Source: Azolla caroliniana (taxonomy: Eukaryota; Plantae; Polypodiophyta). From it: a stretch of DNA of 64,000 nt. The stretch covers positions 4,030,001 through 4,094,000 of the forward strand of contig JBHGNT010000002.1 of NCBI GenBank assembly GCA_043228905.1, given 5' to 3'. Shown here piece by piece: positions 1 to 13,400 of the stretch. A program made the translations under genes and the position numbers. Position 1 is the stretch's first letter. Every line of letters starts with the position of its first letter. The notes beneath the pieces were generated by a model. It made no database searches, had not been told where the DNA came from, and was given only the letters and a program-made list of their open reading frames with translations.

Positions 1-1459
1 CATTCTAGAGCTCCTCTATTTTGATAACTTTTGAGCGGCTATGAAATATCATGTCCTCAACATATGCAAATTGCAATGTAGAACATCCAAAGAGTCTTCC
101 AAATGAGTGGAGCATCTAATCTTCTCAATGCATACATGGAAATGTGAAGAGTGGTTTTTATTTTGAGATGCATTGCATGTGTTATGTCCATAGGCAAGGA
201 AACGATTAGATTGCAAAAAGCCTGGATTGATTTTTTACCAGACGCGTGTGTTTGTAGGGGCAAGAAATGTGCGACTAAAAAGGGTTATTTGGGGGCAAAA
301 CGCGCGATGCGAAAATTGCGTACATGAGTACTCACGAACAGTTCCTCTCCCCTTCTGACATTAAACAAAGTGTTATATATAGATATAAATATGTATATGT
401 AATATGTGTTATATAGTCGAGCAAGAGCTCAAACAAGAAAGGCATTGCACTTCCCCAAAATCTTGACATAGTAGAGATGCTCTTCTGAAATTCATTTACT
501 TTTTTCACACAACCTATCCACTAGGTCTACACCAAAGACGAGGACGAACGAAACACGCTTGTCTCTTTTTCTTTAAATTAAAGATGCCCACCCACACACA
601 CACACACACACATGGTAAAAAATGTTGTGCTCGCAAGAGCACCAGAAAGCTAGCAAGGACATTCATCTCGTCTATCAAAGATTGTAACATATATCCATGT
701 TATTCGAATATGCCTTTGTGAAACAAACGTTATTATTATTATTATTATTATTTCGGTCTTGTTTTTTTACAATTTGACGGATTTTGGTTACTACAAACAA
801 GATTCACACATACCACCGCGAGAGCACATATTCCTTCTTGTTATTTATTTTTCCCTATCCTATAAAGCATTCTAGTACATATTGGGAATCGAAAAAAAGT
901 GGTAGACACTTTTTTATAAAGACAAATGTAGAATCTAATTTTTTATATGTATCTTTATACATGGACCTTCTTGGACCAAATGTAGATAGTGTCGAAATAT
1001 AGTTTAGTAGGGGTAAGGTTGAGACTAGGGCTACAATCTCACATTCAAGCATATATGATGTACATAATAGAATAACATCATTTTGGTTCCCAAATGTGTA
1101 TCAAATGACCAAAATGCTAGAATCTCGAAAGTATCGGAGATTGGTGAAAAACTAGATCCACATGGAACCTTAGGTGTCTTAATTATTGAAATGGAGCTCA
1201 AATTGATAGTAATTGAATTGGGTCCAATGGAATTTGAGTGTGCCTTGAATCAAACCCCAAATCATGTTGCAATATTATATGATGGAGCGTAATTCGATCC
1301 AAACTTGTCCGAATGAAATCAATGCGTGCCATAATTGAATTACCATAAAATGTTAACGTGGAATCTGTGGATGATGCCCATGTGGGATTAGAGAGCGTCC
1401 AAAATTTATCCATCGTCCAAGTTGCCCTACATGGAATAATGGAATTTAACATCACTAAT

Positions 1460-2170
1460 GTCGGAATCTAACAAGAGCAATGTCCAAAGGGGTGCCCAAT
1501 TGGAATCCAAGCAATGTCCAAATAGAATCTTGATGACGATTTGATGCCTAATTTGGAATAATCCAAACATGCCCAACATATCCAAAGGTGCCCATAATCT
1601 AATCCGAGAGTACCCAACATACTCCTAGAGTGAAGGAATCTAACAACAACAATGTCCACCTGGGTGCCCAATTTCGGAATCCAACCAATGCCCAAACAAA
1701 ATCTTGATGACCATCTGTCGCCCGATCTGGAATACTCTGAACATGCCCAAACTTAATCCAAAGGTGCCCGAATTTTGATCTTGACGGAACCCAACATACT
1801 CCTAGAATGAATTCGAATACGAGGGTGCCTAAATTGAATATGAAGCTGGTTTAGGGTTTAGGGTTTAGGGATTGAGGTGTCCAAATGGAATTCGTGTCTA
1901 CCAAAAGGAATCGATTTGTGTCCGAAGAACGGAATCCAACTCTACCCCGAAAGGGAATCTGAAGGTGTCCAAGAGGGAATCTAACCTTGCCCAAAAAGGA
2001 ATCCAGCTCTACCCCGAACGGATTTGTGTCCGAAGAACGGAATCCAACTCTACCCCGAAAGGGAATCTGAAGGTGTCCAAGAGGGAATCTAACCTTGCCC
2101 AAAAAGGAATCCAGCATAGAATGGAATCTAACATTGACCTCAGAAGGAATCCTAGGCCTAAGGCAACCCA
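1460..2170. repeat. GGAATC-rich degenerate satellite/minisatellite: ~173-bp diverged dimer (1463/1635), (TTTAGGG)3 at ~1850-1870 and a near-exact 95-bp duplication (1913/2021)
   Basis: Direct comparison of the copies; the duplicated peptides in the spurious ORFs 1851..2213 and 1872..2327 reflect the 108-bp period. Confidence 0.8.
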
Positions 2171-2236
2171 AATCAGATTCAACTTGTCTTTCTTCTCTCT
2201 GAGACACACTCACTCACACAAACACACACACAAGAG

Positions 2237-5200
2237 TCATATAGAGATTAGGTCAGGAGCAGGGGACACCAATGTGGACATGGCTATGGCTATGGATGCC
2301 CCTTGTGCAGGTGCCGATGATGCCTGAGCTAGATCCCCAGAAAGAGGAAGACCTCGGGACGAAGACGAAGAAGCACTCGAAGAAGAAGAAGACGAAGAAG
2401 AATTCGCGCATTTCGTCTTCTTCGGAAGCCGATGGTCGGTGAGCATTTGTACCACTTCATGCATTGTGGGTCTCTGCATTGGCAAGTCTACAAGGCAATG
2501 GAGAGCCACTTTGAGCACAAGCATGATCTCGGAGACCACCATGTGTTGGCTTAGATCCACACTCATCCTTTTGTCCAACACTTGCATTACCCCTTCTCTG
2601 GTTTGGACCTTCTTCCTCACCCATTGAGCTATGTCCACACCCTCCCCAAACTCTGGCTCAAATGGCCTCTTCCCTGTCAGTAATTCCAAGAGCACTACCC
2701 CGAAGCTGTAGATGTCGCTCTTCTCATCCACCTTCAATGTGTATACATACTCTGGAAACCCAAAAATTTATTTGTCATTGTTCAACATATCAAGGATTTT
2801 AGGGTATAGGTTTTTTTTTTAGGGTTTTCCTTAGGCTTTACAAGGGTTTAGGGTTGCAAGAAAGCAAGTAAAACAACAAACATTATGACATGGGGGGGGG
2901 GGGGGGGATGTTTTAGGGTTTAGGGTTGCAATAAAGCAAGCACACAACAACCATTATGACATGGGGGGGATGTTTTAGGGTTTAGGGTTGCAAGAAAGCA
3001 AGTACACAACAAACATTATGACATGGGGGGGATGTTTTAGGGTTTAGGGTTGCAAGAAAGCAAGTACACAACAAACATTATGACATGGTGGGGATGTTTT
3101 AGGGTTTAGGGTTGCAAGAAAGAAAATACACAACAAACATTATGACATGGTGGGGATGTTTTAGGGTTTAGGGTTGCAAGAAAGCAAGTACACAACAAAC
3201 ATTATGACATGGTGGGGATGTTTTAGGGTTTAGGGTTGCACGAAAGCAAGTAAACAACAAACATTATGACATGGGAGGGATGTTTTAGGGTTGCAAGAAA
3301 GCAAGTAAAAATAACAAACATTATGACATGGGAGCAAGGTTTAGGTTTGCAAACAAAATGTACCCCCAAAAGAATGAGCACACATGCTTGGAGGCAATGG
3401 TCAAAGTTTAGAAGATTAGTATTTAGGGTTTTTTGGTTATGTAAAAATACTGCTCTTTCATATCAAAATGATGCGAAACACACGGAAGAATTTGTTACCT
3501 GGAGCTATGTAGCCATAGGACCCCGCGACCGAAGACATAGACTCGGGATAGTCGAGTGCCTTTGCGAGCCCAAAGTCAGCCACATGAGCCTCGTACCCCG
3601 AGTCCAAAAGAATGTTATTCGACTTCACATCCCGGTGCACGATAATCGGACAACAATCGTGGTGTAAATAGCGTAGCCCGTGGGCGGCCTCGACCGCGAT
3701 CTTATACCTCTTCTCCCAATCCAAAGTACCTCCCTTTGGGCCATGTAACAACTCACCTAAGCTCCCATTAGGCATATACTCATAAACTAGAAGGTTAGTG
3801 TCTTTATTTGAGCAACAACCCAAAAGCCTTACAATGTTCCTATGCCTTATCTTGCCTAAGGTTCGAATCTCCGCGGAAAACCCATGATCATCCATATGCA
3901 TCTTGTTACTATCACTATTTCCTACTTCACCACTCCCTATTTCTTTACCGTATGTTCCCGAAGGTAATCTCTTCACGGCCACATAGCCCGATGGGGTCTC
4001 GCATTTGTACACGGTCCCAGACCCTCCTTTGCCTATGATGTTGTCTTCATCGGTAAGGCACGCGAGCACATGATGTGATGTGAAGTCAAGCTTTTGATAG
4101 GCAACAAGGTTCCATGGCCCACTCTTATCGAGCAATGCCAATGTTGAGTGGTCTTTCCCAAGCAGCGAGCAAAAGGCTTGTTTGTTGTGTAGAACCCCGA
4201 CCACGAGAACCACCACGGTGAGTGTCGAGATGGCCCCGACTATAGCCCAGTACACTAGGGCTGGCTCGCTACGTATCCTGCCATGCGAACTGCCCCCAAG
4301 AGAAGGGCCTTGCGAGGAGTTGTCACATTGAGTCCTCATCAATTGAACTCCACACAAGCCTTGGTTGCCTATGAATGAGCTTGCATTGAAAGTAGCGAAT
4401 TGGCCCCCGTTGGGAATAACCCCGGAGAGGTTATTGTAGGATAAGTCGAGCGATGTTAGGGTTTGGATTTGTTGGAATGAAGAAGGTATGACACCTGAGA
4501 TTTGGTTCCGTGATAAGTTGAGGTAATCTAATACCCCTAGTGATTCAAGGGCAGTGGGAATTGAACCTTGGATGTTGTTCCTACTAAGGTCTATATAGGT
4601 TAGGTCACCACATTGTCCTAATGAAGCTGGTATAGATCCATTCAACAAATTCCCACTCAAATCTAGCTTTGAAAGATGCTTTAAAGAGCTTATCTCTGAA
4701 GGAATTTGGCTAGATAGCATGTTGGCTTGCAATAAAAGGGTTTGAAGTGCGGATAGGTTACAAATGCTTGGTGGTATAGGGTTAGTTAGTGAATTCCCCG
4801 ACAAATCTAGACGGCCCAACTTCTCATTATAAGGGATTTGTCCAGGTATACTACCACTCAGTTGGTTCAATGGAGCTTCGAGGATTTGCAATGAAGGGAG
4901 GGACATCAAACCATTTGGTATAGATCCACTTAGATTGTTTTGGCCAAGCCGGATCTTAACAAGATTAGAACAATTGGTACCTAAGCTTTCCGGGATGTAA
5001 CCGGAGAAATGGTTGTTGAAAAGGACCAACCTTTCGAGCTGTCCACGTGCACATAAGTCGGGCGGGATAGGACCGATGAATGCGTTCGAAGACAAGTCTA
5101 GTGTCACTAGGTCTTGGAGCAAGCCTAGTTGCGTAGGGACGATGCCGGTCATGTTATTCTCCCAAAGGGACAAGACCTTGAGAGAAAGAAGGCCGGCGAT

Positions 5201-5988
5201 GAAGGACGGAACCTCGCCATGGATCTCGTTCCGGAATAGGTTAAGCAGCTCTAAGCTCTGGAGGTTCGCGAGCTCTACGGGAATGTGGCCGGATAAGAAG
5301 TTGTTGGACAGGTCTAGGGACTTGAGATTGATTAGTTTGCCGAGGCCCGGGGGGACGGGGCCCGAGAGGGAGTTGATTTGGAGGAAGAGGGAATCTAGGC
5401 TGGTTAGGTTCTCGAGTGCGGGGGGAATATTCCCCGAGAGGCCGCAATCGGCCATGTCGAGGCGGACAAGCCGGGAGAGGCGTCCGAGGGAAGGAGGGAT
5501 GCCGCCTTCGAATTGGTTGAAGTAGCCAAGGTAGAGCTCTTGGAGGGAGGTGAGGTTGCCGAGCTATTCCCGGAGAGGGCTAGGTAGGAGAGGTTGGAGA
5601 GGGCTGGGGAGGAGCCGAAGGCGGGCGGGATGGGGCCTGAGAAGTAGTTGCCACCAAGGTGGAGGTGCCGGAGGGCTGGGAGCTCGGTCACGCCGGCCGG
5701 CAATGGCCCACTCAGGTTGTTGTTGTAGAGGTCTAGGACTTGGAGACATGGGAGGTTGGAGAAGTTAAGGAGGGGATTGGGTTGGCTGTGGCTATGGAGA
5801 TTGGAGGTGAGGAGGTTATTGGAGAGGTTGAGGAGCTTCAAGGATGGGCCAATTTGGGAGAGGAGGGGTGGGATGGGCCCACTTAAGTTGTTGAGTGCCA
5901 TGGACAGGTTGATAAGGTTGTGGAGGAGGCCTATGGAAGGGGAGATAGAGCCATTTAGGTTCATGTTAGAGAGGTCTAAGCCCACCAC
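2237..5988 (-). CDS. LRR receptor-like kinase, BAM/CLV1 (LRR-XI) family; 5'-incomplete, 2 exons (5988..3499, 2751..2237), frameshift near 5564
   Basis: Plant LRR consensus (LxxLxLxxNxLxGxIP) repeats, GNQGLCG cap, TM segment, kinase motifs [22 protein letters not shown] and [15 protein letters not shown]|GT donor at 3498 and CAG acceptor at 2753 restore [22 protein letters not shown]-terminal SPAPDLISI resembles the BAM PPDLL tail. Signal peptide/start would lie in the N gap. Confidence 0.93.
2845..3350. repeat. Intronic 62-bp minisatellite (~8 copies) with G-run and TTTAGGG telomeric motifs
   Basis: Unit caagaaagcaagtacacaacaaacattatgacatggtggggatgttttagggtttagggttg starts at 2991, 3053, 3115, 3177 and 3239 (period 62), with degenerate flanking copies. 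Confidence 0.95.
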
Positions 5989-6088
5989 NNNNNNNNNNNN
6001 NNNNNNNNNNNNNNNNNNNNNNNNNNNNNNNNNNNNNNNNNNNNNNNNNNNNNNNNNNNNNNNNNNNNNNNNNNNNNNNNNNNNNNNN
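5989..6088. other. Assembly gap (100 N)
   Basis: Run of exactly 100 N; true length unknown. Confidence 0.99.
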
Positions 6089-8799
6089 AATCTTTTTGTT
6101 CTTCTACTTATCTCACCTTGTTTTGACTTCATAACTTGATATTATTCTCACATACATATTTGGTAAAGAAGATCTTTTTTGTTGGTGAAAACATACATGT
6201 AGTAGGCAAGCCTTTCACACTCTTCTTTCAATGGCAGTCTGAGGACAGACAAATAACAATTCAAATATGTTAATTGGTTTTGTATGAGCATGAAAATCTA
6301 TATGATCAATTCTAGCTTAATGATAGGTATGCACATGTGAGCACATACAATGGGGTCCATATATTGTCTATGATGAGAGCATGTTACTTTGTGATGATAA
6401 CTATTAAAAGTTTATTATGATGTCAAAATACACACCATGTTCATTTGGTACAAATAAAAAATGTCTTTGGCGTGTAATTTCCTTGACGAAGCAACACACT
6501 AATAGATAGATGCATACACATCAAGTTGTGGATCCATAATCCACAAAGGCACCCTAGACGCTTTTCAAAGGAGTGAACTCAATCTTTAGACGGTATCCAA
6601 AACGATGAAAAAATAGGTGTAGTTTTCTAAAGAAGTCTTGATTTTTCTTATGATCATTATTGCTACTATTACAGATTGTGGAGGTTTTCAATCAAGTCAA
6701 GAAAATGATAGCAAATTTGATGTCCATGTGTGCTTTTTAGTTGCTATCATACCTCCAAAGAGATCATTTTGAACTTATGGCTACCATAAAAGCTATTGTG
6801 ATGAAATTTCCTTACAAAGAGATAAATTTGAAGGGTAACAAAAACCAAGATTAAATAGAAAAAGAAAATCTGCAAATTCAAACAAACAAATGATTCAAAA
6901 GTATCCAATGACAGCAAATTTTCATATTGTTTTTCTTACATTCTTGTAGAATGTGTTTTTTGTGATTAAGATACATGTCTAGGGTTCATATAGGTCATCT
7001 TTCAATTTGGATAGCTAGGTCTTCTAAAGCCTATACTACACTTACAAGTGTTGTAAGGACTATTCTAAGGACATGTTCCCCTTATTGTCCTACACTTGTG
7101 TCGGATATAAAGAAAATTCCATATAGATCTTCTAAACTTTGTAATATATGTGTAGTCTATAAGACCTAGTGTAAGGGATAGAACACTTTTTGTCCACATA
7201 AGAATATGAACTATAGTCTAGAGCCCTTAGAAATCAAAGCATAAGATCTAGATGCTATCGATACAACATTGTTCACCTTTATCTCTTATTCGAGATGGCC
7301 ATAACTAGAACGGAACTTGTCAAGTTCATGTATTATTTCAAAAAGTTTCATTCAATGACACATCGAGGGACATCTACAAGAGTTATTTTCATGTGACAGT
7401 CTTCCGTGGTTTCATATTGGGCTTGATTTTGTCTCTAATGTATATGAATGCCATGTGACTTTTGCTACAAAATGAGGATAAGAATTAAAAGACAATAAAG
7501 GAGACATAATGCAACAAAGGGGACGTGGCCTTGATGGTTAACGTGGGGTTATTGAGATGAACGTAATAGTACCATGAGGTCTTGACATCTAATATGTGGA
7601 ATCTTGTGAGCATGTAATGGAATGCACAATTGAGTGATTGAGTTGGAACCCAATGCACACTCAGAATGGGTCAAGTGGTAGAGAAATTGAATCCCAAGAG
7701 CTTTTTAAACTAGATCCATTATTAACAAGATCTAAAAGAGTGCTCAATTTGAGACCTAAAGTTTTATGGAATATACAATTATATAGACATTTGATTATGG
7801 TAAAAAAACAACGCACTTATAACTTATTACAAATGAATGATCACAACTATAAAGATATATACATACCTTTAAACTATTTTTTACGGACAAAGGTTTGCCG
7901 ATAAACATAGATAAAACTAAAGTTATGGTGTTTAACACCACTCAAGCATGATGAACAAGATCAAAACAAGAATTCTTCTTGGGAGGTGAAAAGGTGGCAT
8001 ACGCATGCTCATACACCTACATCGGAATATCATTTAAAGGGCATAGGTTCTCCTCACGAGAGGTTGTTTGTGCCTGACATTCTTGTGGATATGTAGCCCT
8101 TGGGGCTCTCGAAAGACAATGTGCACATTTGCAGTTCCAAGAGTCACAAACTAAACTTGGCTATTTGATGCACTTGTGACAATTACTCTTCTCAATGGTG
8201 TAGAAACATGGTGAACAAGTCTTAACAAGGCAAATAATTGGAAAGATTTGGGAGACCGTTAGTGTCCACTCAATTTTTTTTAAGGACTATTCTTGATTAC
8301 TTAATCATCCTTGAACTAAATTTATATTTTTCAAACAACGTAGTTAAGGTTACTTCTTGACGATATATCACCCACTTAGTGGCGCTTTATAGTGAATTAA
8401 ACCCACTTTTCATAGAAACTATAATAACATATGTCATCAAGGTTAATATAAAAATGGTAATTTGTCATCTAAAATCTAAGTAATTCTTTATTAAGCTAGA
8501 TAGAACTCATGTGGTCACCACATCAATAGATTGCAGTGGTACATCTCAAGAGACTGGACATTACATTGAACCTACTTATGCAAATGCATTTGTAGAACAA
8601 ACATTGAAATTTAAAGGTGATATTATCAATAATGTCCTTTTGAAGTTTGCTCTCTATTCTATTAAGATTCACCTTGGTATTAATGGAAAGATGCCCAAAG
8701 GCTACAAAGAAATCATACATGAAAATATAACCACCATACCCACATCAACCAATGTGTCGAATAACAAAAGCCTCACACAACTACCTTAAAAAACTGTAT

Positions 8800-9520
8800 T
8801 CACACCTTAAAAAACCGGTATCCTTCCATAATGGGGGGGCGGAAAAAGCCACCTTGGTGGAGCATATCTCCACTTTATTCTCTCCCCAAAGAGTAGAAGA
8901 TCTATGCGTTTGTCCACATTTCTCTAAAATGTGTTTGCTTACGAAAGACAACATCGGGCTCATCATTTATTGCCTCATATTGACCTCTTAATGTATGTTG
9001 AAGCATCAACCATATCTCCTTGACTAACTCAACTGCATTCTATTTGACTTTTTGATATACATATTTACATATTGCCTTTCACAATACCCAAATTACTAAA
9101 GAAGATTTTGTATACCAAACCTTGTCCTCTACCAAACAGGGGATTGTTGTAGCATAAGAGACATCTATGTGTACATTTGTTTACCATAAACAGGATACAA
9201 AATTCTCAACACTCTTTTCCAAACTGCTCTAGCAATAGGACATATCCATAGACATGGTGAACTGATTCAATGTGAAAACCATAACTATCACATTTTAAAT
9301 CGTGGCGATACCCTCACATCCATGACTTCACAAGAATCCCATAATGTACCAACAACCATCTAAACAATACAACGTTTTTAGGAATTTGCATGGCCCACAA
9401 CCATTTCCAATAAGTACCCAACCAAGAGTCTTGTATATTACCATATCTCCAAAATTTATATGGAATTGTGGTGTGGTAATGTTGGTTTTCCTACACATGG
9501 TGAAGGAGCACTCAAAGATG
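8800..9520 (-). mobile_element. Degenerate LINE ORF2 3' fragment
   Basis: Minus strand near 8865-8822 reads APPRWLFPPPIMEG, the C-terminal motif shared with the other LINE fragments here; zf-RVT-like Cys/His remnant near 9220-9300. Confidence 0.6.
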
Positions 9521-10316
9521 CTTATTTCTTATGATTTCTATTTGAATATTTTAAGAGATTGAATTTTGTAATTGAATTCATAACGAAATTGTGTAAAAAC
9601 TTCAAAGGCATTTTTTTGCCCCCGATGTTGAAACTTTTGATGATTACATTTCAAAAAATGGCTTATTAACAACAATTTGATGACGCATGCCTACTTCGAA
9701 TAAAGAGAGCAAAGGACGAAGATATTGCCATGGCTCCAAACTTGATTTCGAAACTATACAAACCTCTTGGAGGTTGACATAAGGAAACATTGTTATTTTG
9801 TTGATTATAGAAGGTTATAATGATGGGTTTTCTCGACAATTTGGGGGTTTACACTCATACTTGAGGAAAGAATAATCTCCCAGTCGATTTAACTAAAAAA
9901 TGATATAGAAGTGACAAAAGAACGAGATTATAAGGAAAGTCAAGCCTTTACAAGTAATGATGAAAGGGCACTACTTCCATTCTCGAAGAGTACTCAATGG
10001 TGGGGTATTAGAAGTCAGGGCCTCCAATAATATTTTTGTAATAATGTTCGTCGAGATCAACAATAGTAACTATTGTTATATACCATACATAATAATAATT
10101 ATCACTAAAGGATATGCACTACATACAAGAAAGTTTGGGCAATAATTTCGCCTTTGCATTCAATAAAAACATACTGACACTGAATGGGTGACAATTAACA
10201 TATTAAAAAATGGGCCTTATTAGGGAAAGTGAAACAACCTCATGAGATGCAAGGTTTGACTTTTAGGTTTTTTAGTGAATCCAATCTAAAACTTGCAAAT
10301 AATTGAAATTCTATTT

Positions 10317-10441
10317 CTTGTGTGGACACACATATGCACACACCCCATGGTGTTTGGTTCATAAAGACTAGTAGTCCACTTACATACTGGTAAGGGGTAC
10401 AAACATGTACATCCACATGTGCATATGTGTGCCCCTACAAG
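10317..10441. mobile_element. Putative MITE-like inverted-repeat element
   Basis: 24-bp terminal inverted repeats CTTGTGTGGACACACATATGCACA / TGTGCATATGTGTGCCCCTACAAG (3 mismatches), flanked by TTT on both sides. Confidence 0.45.
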
Positions 10442-11944
10442 TTTTGCATGTGTAATATAGTGTTTTGCTAGAAAAGAATGTGTGCGTTGTAACCTATGGT
10501 GTCAATTTCCTAGGGCTACTTACGTCTCTTGTTGTAATTCAACTTAGGATGGTTATGAGAGCACATGCTCCACCCACAAGAACATGCCACTCTATTCTAT
10601 GTTTGAGGAGCAATCCTATTATGTCCTTGATAGCTAGCCACGCAAGTATAGAATCTTCAAACAAATCGATTTTTGGTCGATCAAAATAAACTTATGCTCA
10701 TTTTGGTTGTACTAAATGTCACGACCCAATACAATTGTCACATTACCTACAACATTGTTGATACATCATTATATGTTGACACACTAGTAACATTCCAAAA
10801 GGTTGGTGTTATAATGACCTATATAATGTCATGAGTTACCTAATAGGATGCCTAATGTTGTCGAACATGTATTTCGTACATTGAAGATTGTTGCAACTTT
10901 TAGCATTGCACAAAATGGTATTGCTTGTAAGGTTAGTAAAAACCCTAAGCATAAGAACCCAACCTTATAAACTAGATATCCCTGTGGCATTTTGAATTAT
11001 GTTAACACGCACGCACCCAAATTTCCTCATAAATGCTACTTCAAGGTTCTCTTTAAAGGAGATGTCGTACTTTGAGAAAAGCTACGCTATTCCATATGAA
11101 CCAAACATTTGAGATCCTAAACATTAACTTGGTTTTGAAAATCTTATGTACTGCTTTGGTATTATCATTTTTTCATCTTCGAGTTGATTGTGAAATATGT
11201 AGGAAGTGGAGGCCCCTCAACAAACAACAATAGCTTATTGATTGATGACTGACGAACGCTCGGTTACCCTGTACGGAATATAGGAGGAACGCTCTCTCTC
11301 GTTCCATTTCATCAATGGACTCACTTTCCAATTACTTTATTGCTCATGGTTTGTGCGTACCATGATTATTGTTGTCTTATAGAGTCGAGATACACTAGAA
11401 GAATGATGATAATATATGAATGGAACAACTTGCAAACAAAGAAGCTAAAGCTCTTCATGGTTTTGCATTTATAAAACCAACAACTCACGATATGGTGGTA
11501 CATATTATCTTTACAACGAAGTTTTTGGTAGATTCAATTTCACAACAAAATTCATGGAAGGTTTTGAATGAGTGTGTACATGCCACAATATAACCAATGT
11601 CAACCTACAATAAATGTCAACCTATAAAAAGCAAAGATGGACAGAGGTATAAAAAAGGTCAATGGCATTCATGAGGTAATTTCTAGAGGCATATTCTTGA
11701 AAATGAAACATTATGTTCTCAGCTTTGGGATTAGTTGTGGCATGAAGCAAGCTAATGCAACGAAGCTCTCAATTATGTATGAGGCTCTACTAAGGTGAGA
11801 GTGTAATAAGTGTGAGCATTTAAGTTCTTGATCATGCTCATTATGATGGACATACCTTACATAAGGAACTTATCTTATATTCGACCTAAAATTTGTTCTT
11901 TCACGTCTCATGAATGTTGAGGTAAGGTTCAATCACCAATCAAC

Positions 11945-12545
11945 GTACACATGGGGTTTTGTGAGATGGGGAAGATTGGCTGAAGAAATACAGAATTATG
12001 AAAGGAACTGTGTTGATTTTCTTCTCCTCTTTGATGGAGGACATGTGTTGGAGGCCTCTTATACTACACCAATCCATTGTTTGGAAGAAGACAAGGTTTT
12101 GTCAACTGTATCTTCTTTAGTAGTTTGGATGTTATGGAAGGCAAGATGTAAGTGTGTATTTTGGAATGTCAAACCGAATGCGGTTGAGTTACTCAAGGAG
12201 ATATGGTTGATGCTCTTGCATACTCTAAGAGGTCAATATGAGGCAATACATGGTGAGCCTGATGTTGTGTTTCGGAAGCAACAACAATTTCGAGAAATTT
12301 GGAAAAAGGCAGAGGTCTTCACCTATTTTGGGGACAGAATAAAATGGAGATATGCTCCACCAAGATGGCTTTTACTGCCCCCTATCTTGAAAAGACCATG
12401 CATGAGGGTTTCCGCTACTAGACATGTCCATTCATGTGGGTAGGAGGGTTGTAATAGATTGTATGGATACTTTGTAGCCTTTGTGCATCTTTTCTTTAAT
12501 ACCACGGTGAATCTTGACTTTAAATAATAATAATAATAATAAAAT
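11945..12545 (+). mobile_element. 5'-truncated LINE with (TAA)n tail and 13-bp TSD
   Basis: ORF remnant WMLWKARCKCVF...WRYAPPRWLLLPP; (TAA)n tail at ~12522-12544; TSD ATCACCAATCAAC at 11932-11944 and 12546-12558. Confidence 0.88.
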
Positions 12546-13400
12546 ATCACCAATCAACAAGTTAAATTGGGAAGCCTAACTCTAACTTCATTCCAAGTTA
12601 AGTTCAAACGTAGATTGGCAACTAACTTTTGATTAATTCATCCCTAAATGTGTCAAGCTAAAAACATGCAATAACTGAAGTAATGCTTTGAACTTCGACA
12701 TGAGTATATATAAGATGCCAAGGATATATAGGTGAGACTTTATTGTAAATTTAGGATAACTTGGTTGACTATGTATTAAATTTTATCAAACTAGACAATG
12801 TTGGGAAGATTAAAAATGCATTATAATGGCGTTAGAGATCAAATTCATGCCCCTTAGTTGTTAAGTTGGATGATGATGATGTGACAAAATGCTTTTGAGT
12901 TACAACTTGTATGCCAATATTGTTACAACACGGGTAAATAAGGTGCAAAATGCCATATGCATCTTTGTTGAATGAAAAATATGGACTCAATAAATCATTA
13001 TGGGAAACTTTTCACGTATTTTATAATATATCGTGTGTCATCCATGGTGATATAGATAACACTCATAGTGATGCCAACTAGTAAGCAAAACGTATTATTG
13101 CACTTTCCCTTTTACTCGTCTATGAAGTAAACTTGCAAACGATCACCACATGTTACCAAATCTAGTATGATTTTTTTTTGGCAATTATATAAGTTAGCAT
13201 TATGCATATCTTGGTCTCTTGTTGCCATGAAATCATTCAAGCAACAACCACCCATGCTCGGAAATTTGTATTTCTTGCAAGTAGGATCATTAAAAAATCT
13301 ACTTTTTTGTTGGTTTCCATGAGATACTTTATATATACTCATGTCTATTATGTGTGTATGAACGTGCATAATGGACACAAACAAGAGTTATGGATATGAA

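Noticed and set aside
1851-2327. ORFs 1851..2213(-) and 1872..2327(+) with repeated peptides
   Set aside because: They are by-products of the 108-bp DNA duplication; no recognisable protein.
2845-3350. Regularly spaced repeats superficially like a CRISPR array
   Set aside because: Whole units are repeated with no unique spacers, the context is a eukaryotic intron, and there are no cas genes.
3458-3498. C-terminus [13 protein letters not shown] of the 665-aa ORF
   Set aside because: Read-through into the intron; the kinase continues in exon 2.
6089-6132. MKSKQGEISRRTKR as the kinase N-terminus
   Set aside because: It lies across a gap of unknown length, is not a signal peptide and has a different base composition.
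5013-6139. Plus-strand ORFs overlapping the LRR region
   Set aside because: Antisense shadows of a GC-rich coding exon.
11200-11460. Exon-like segments with AG/GT borders
   Set aside because: Stops in the frames I read and no recognisable protein family; unsupported.
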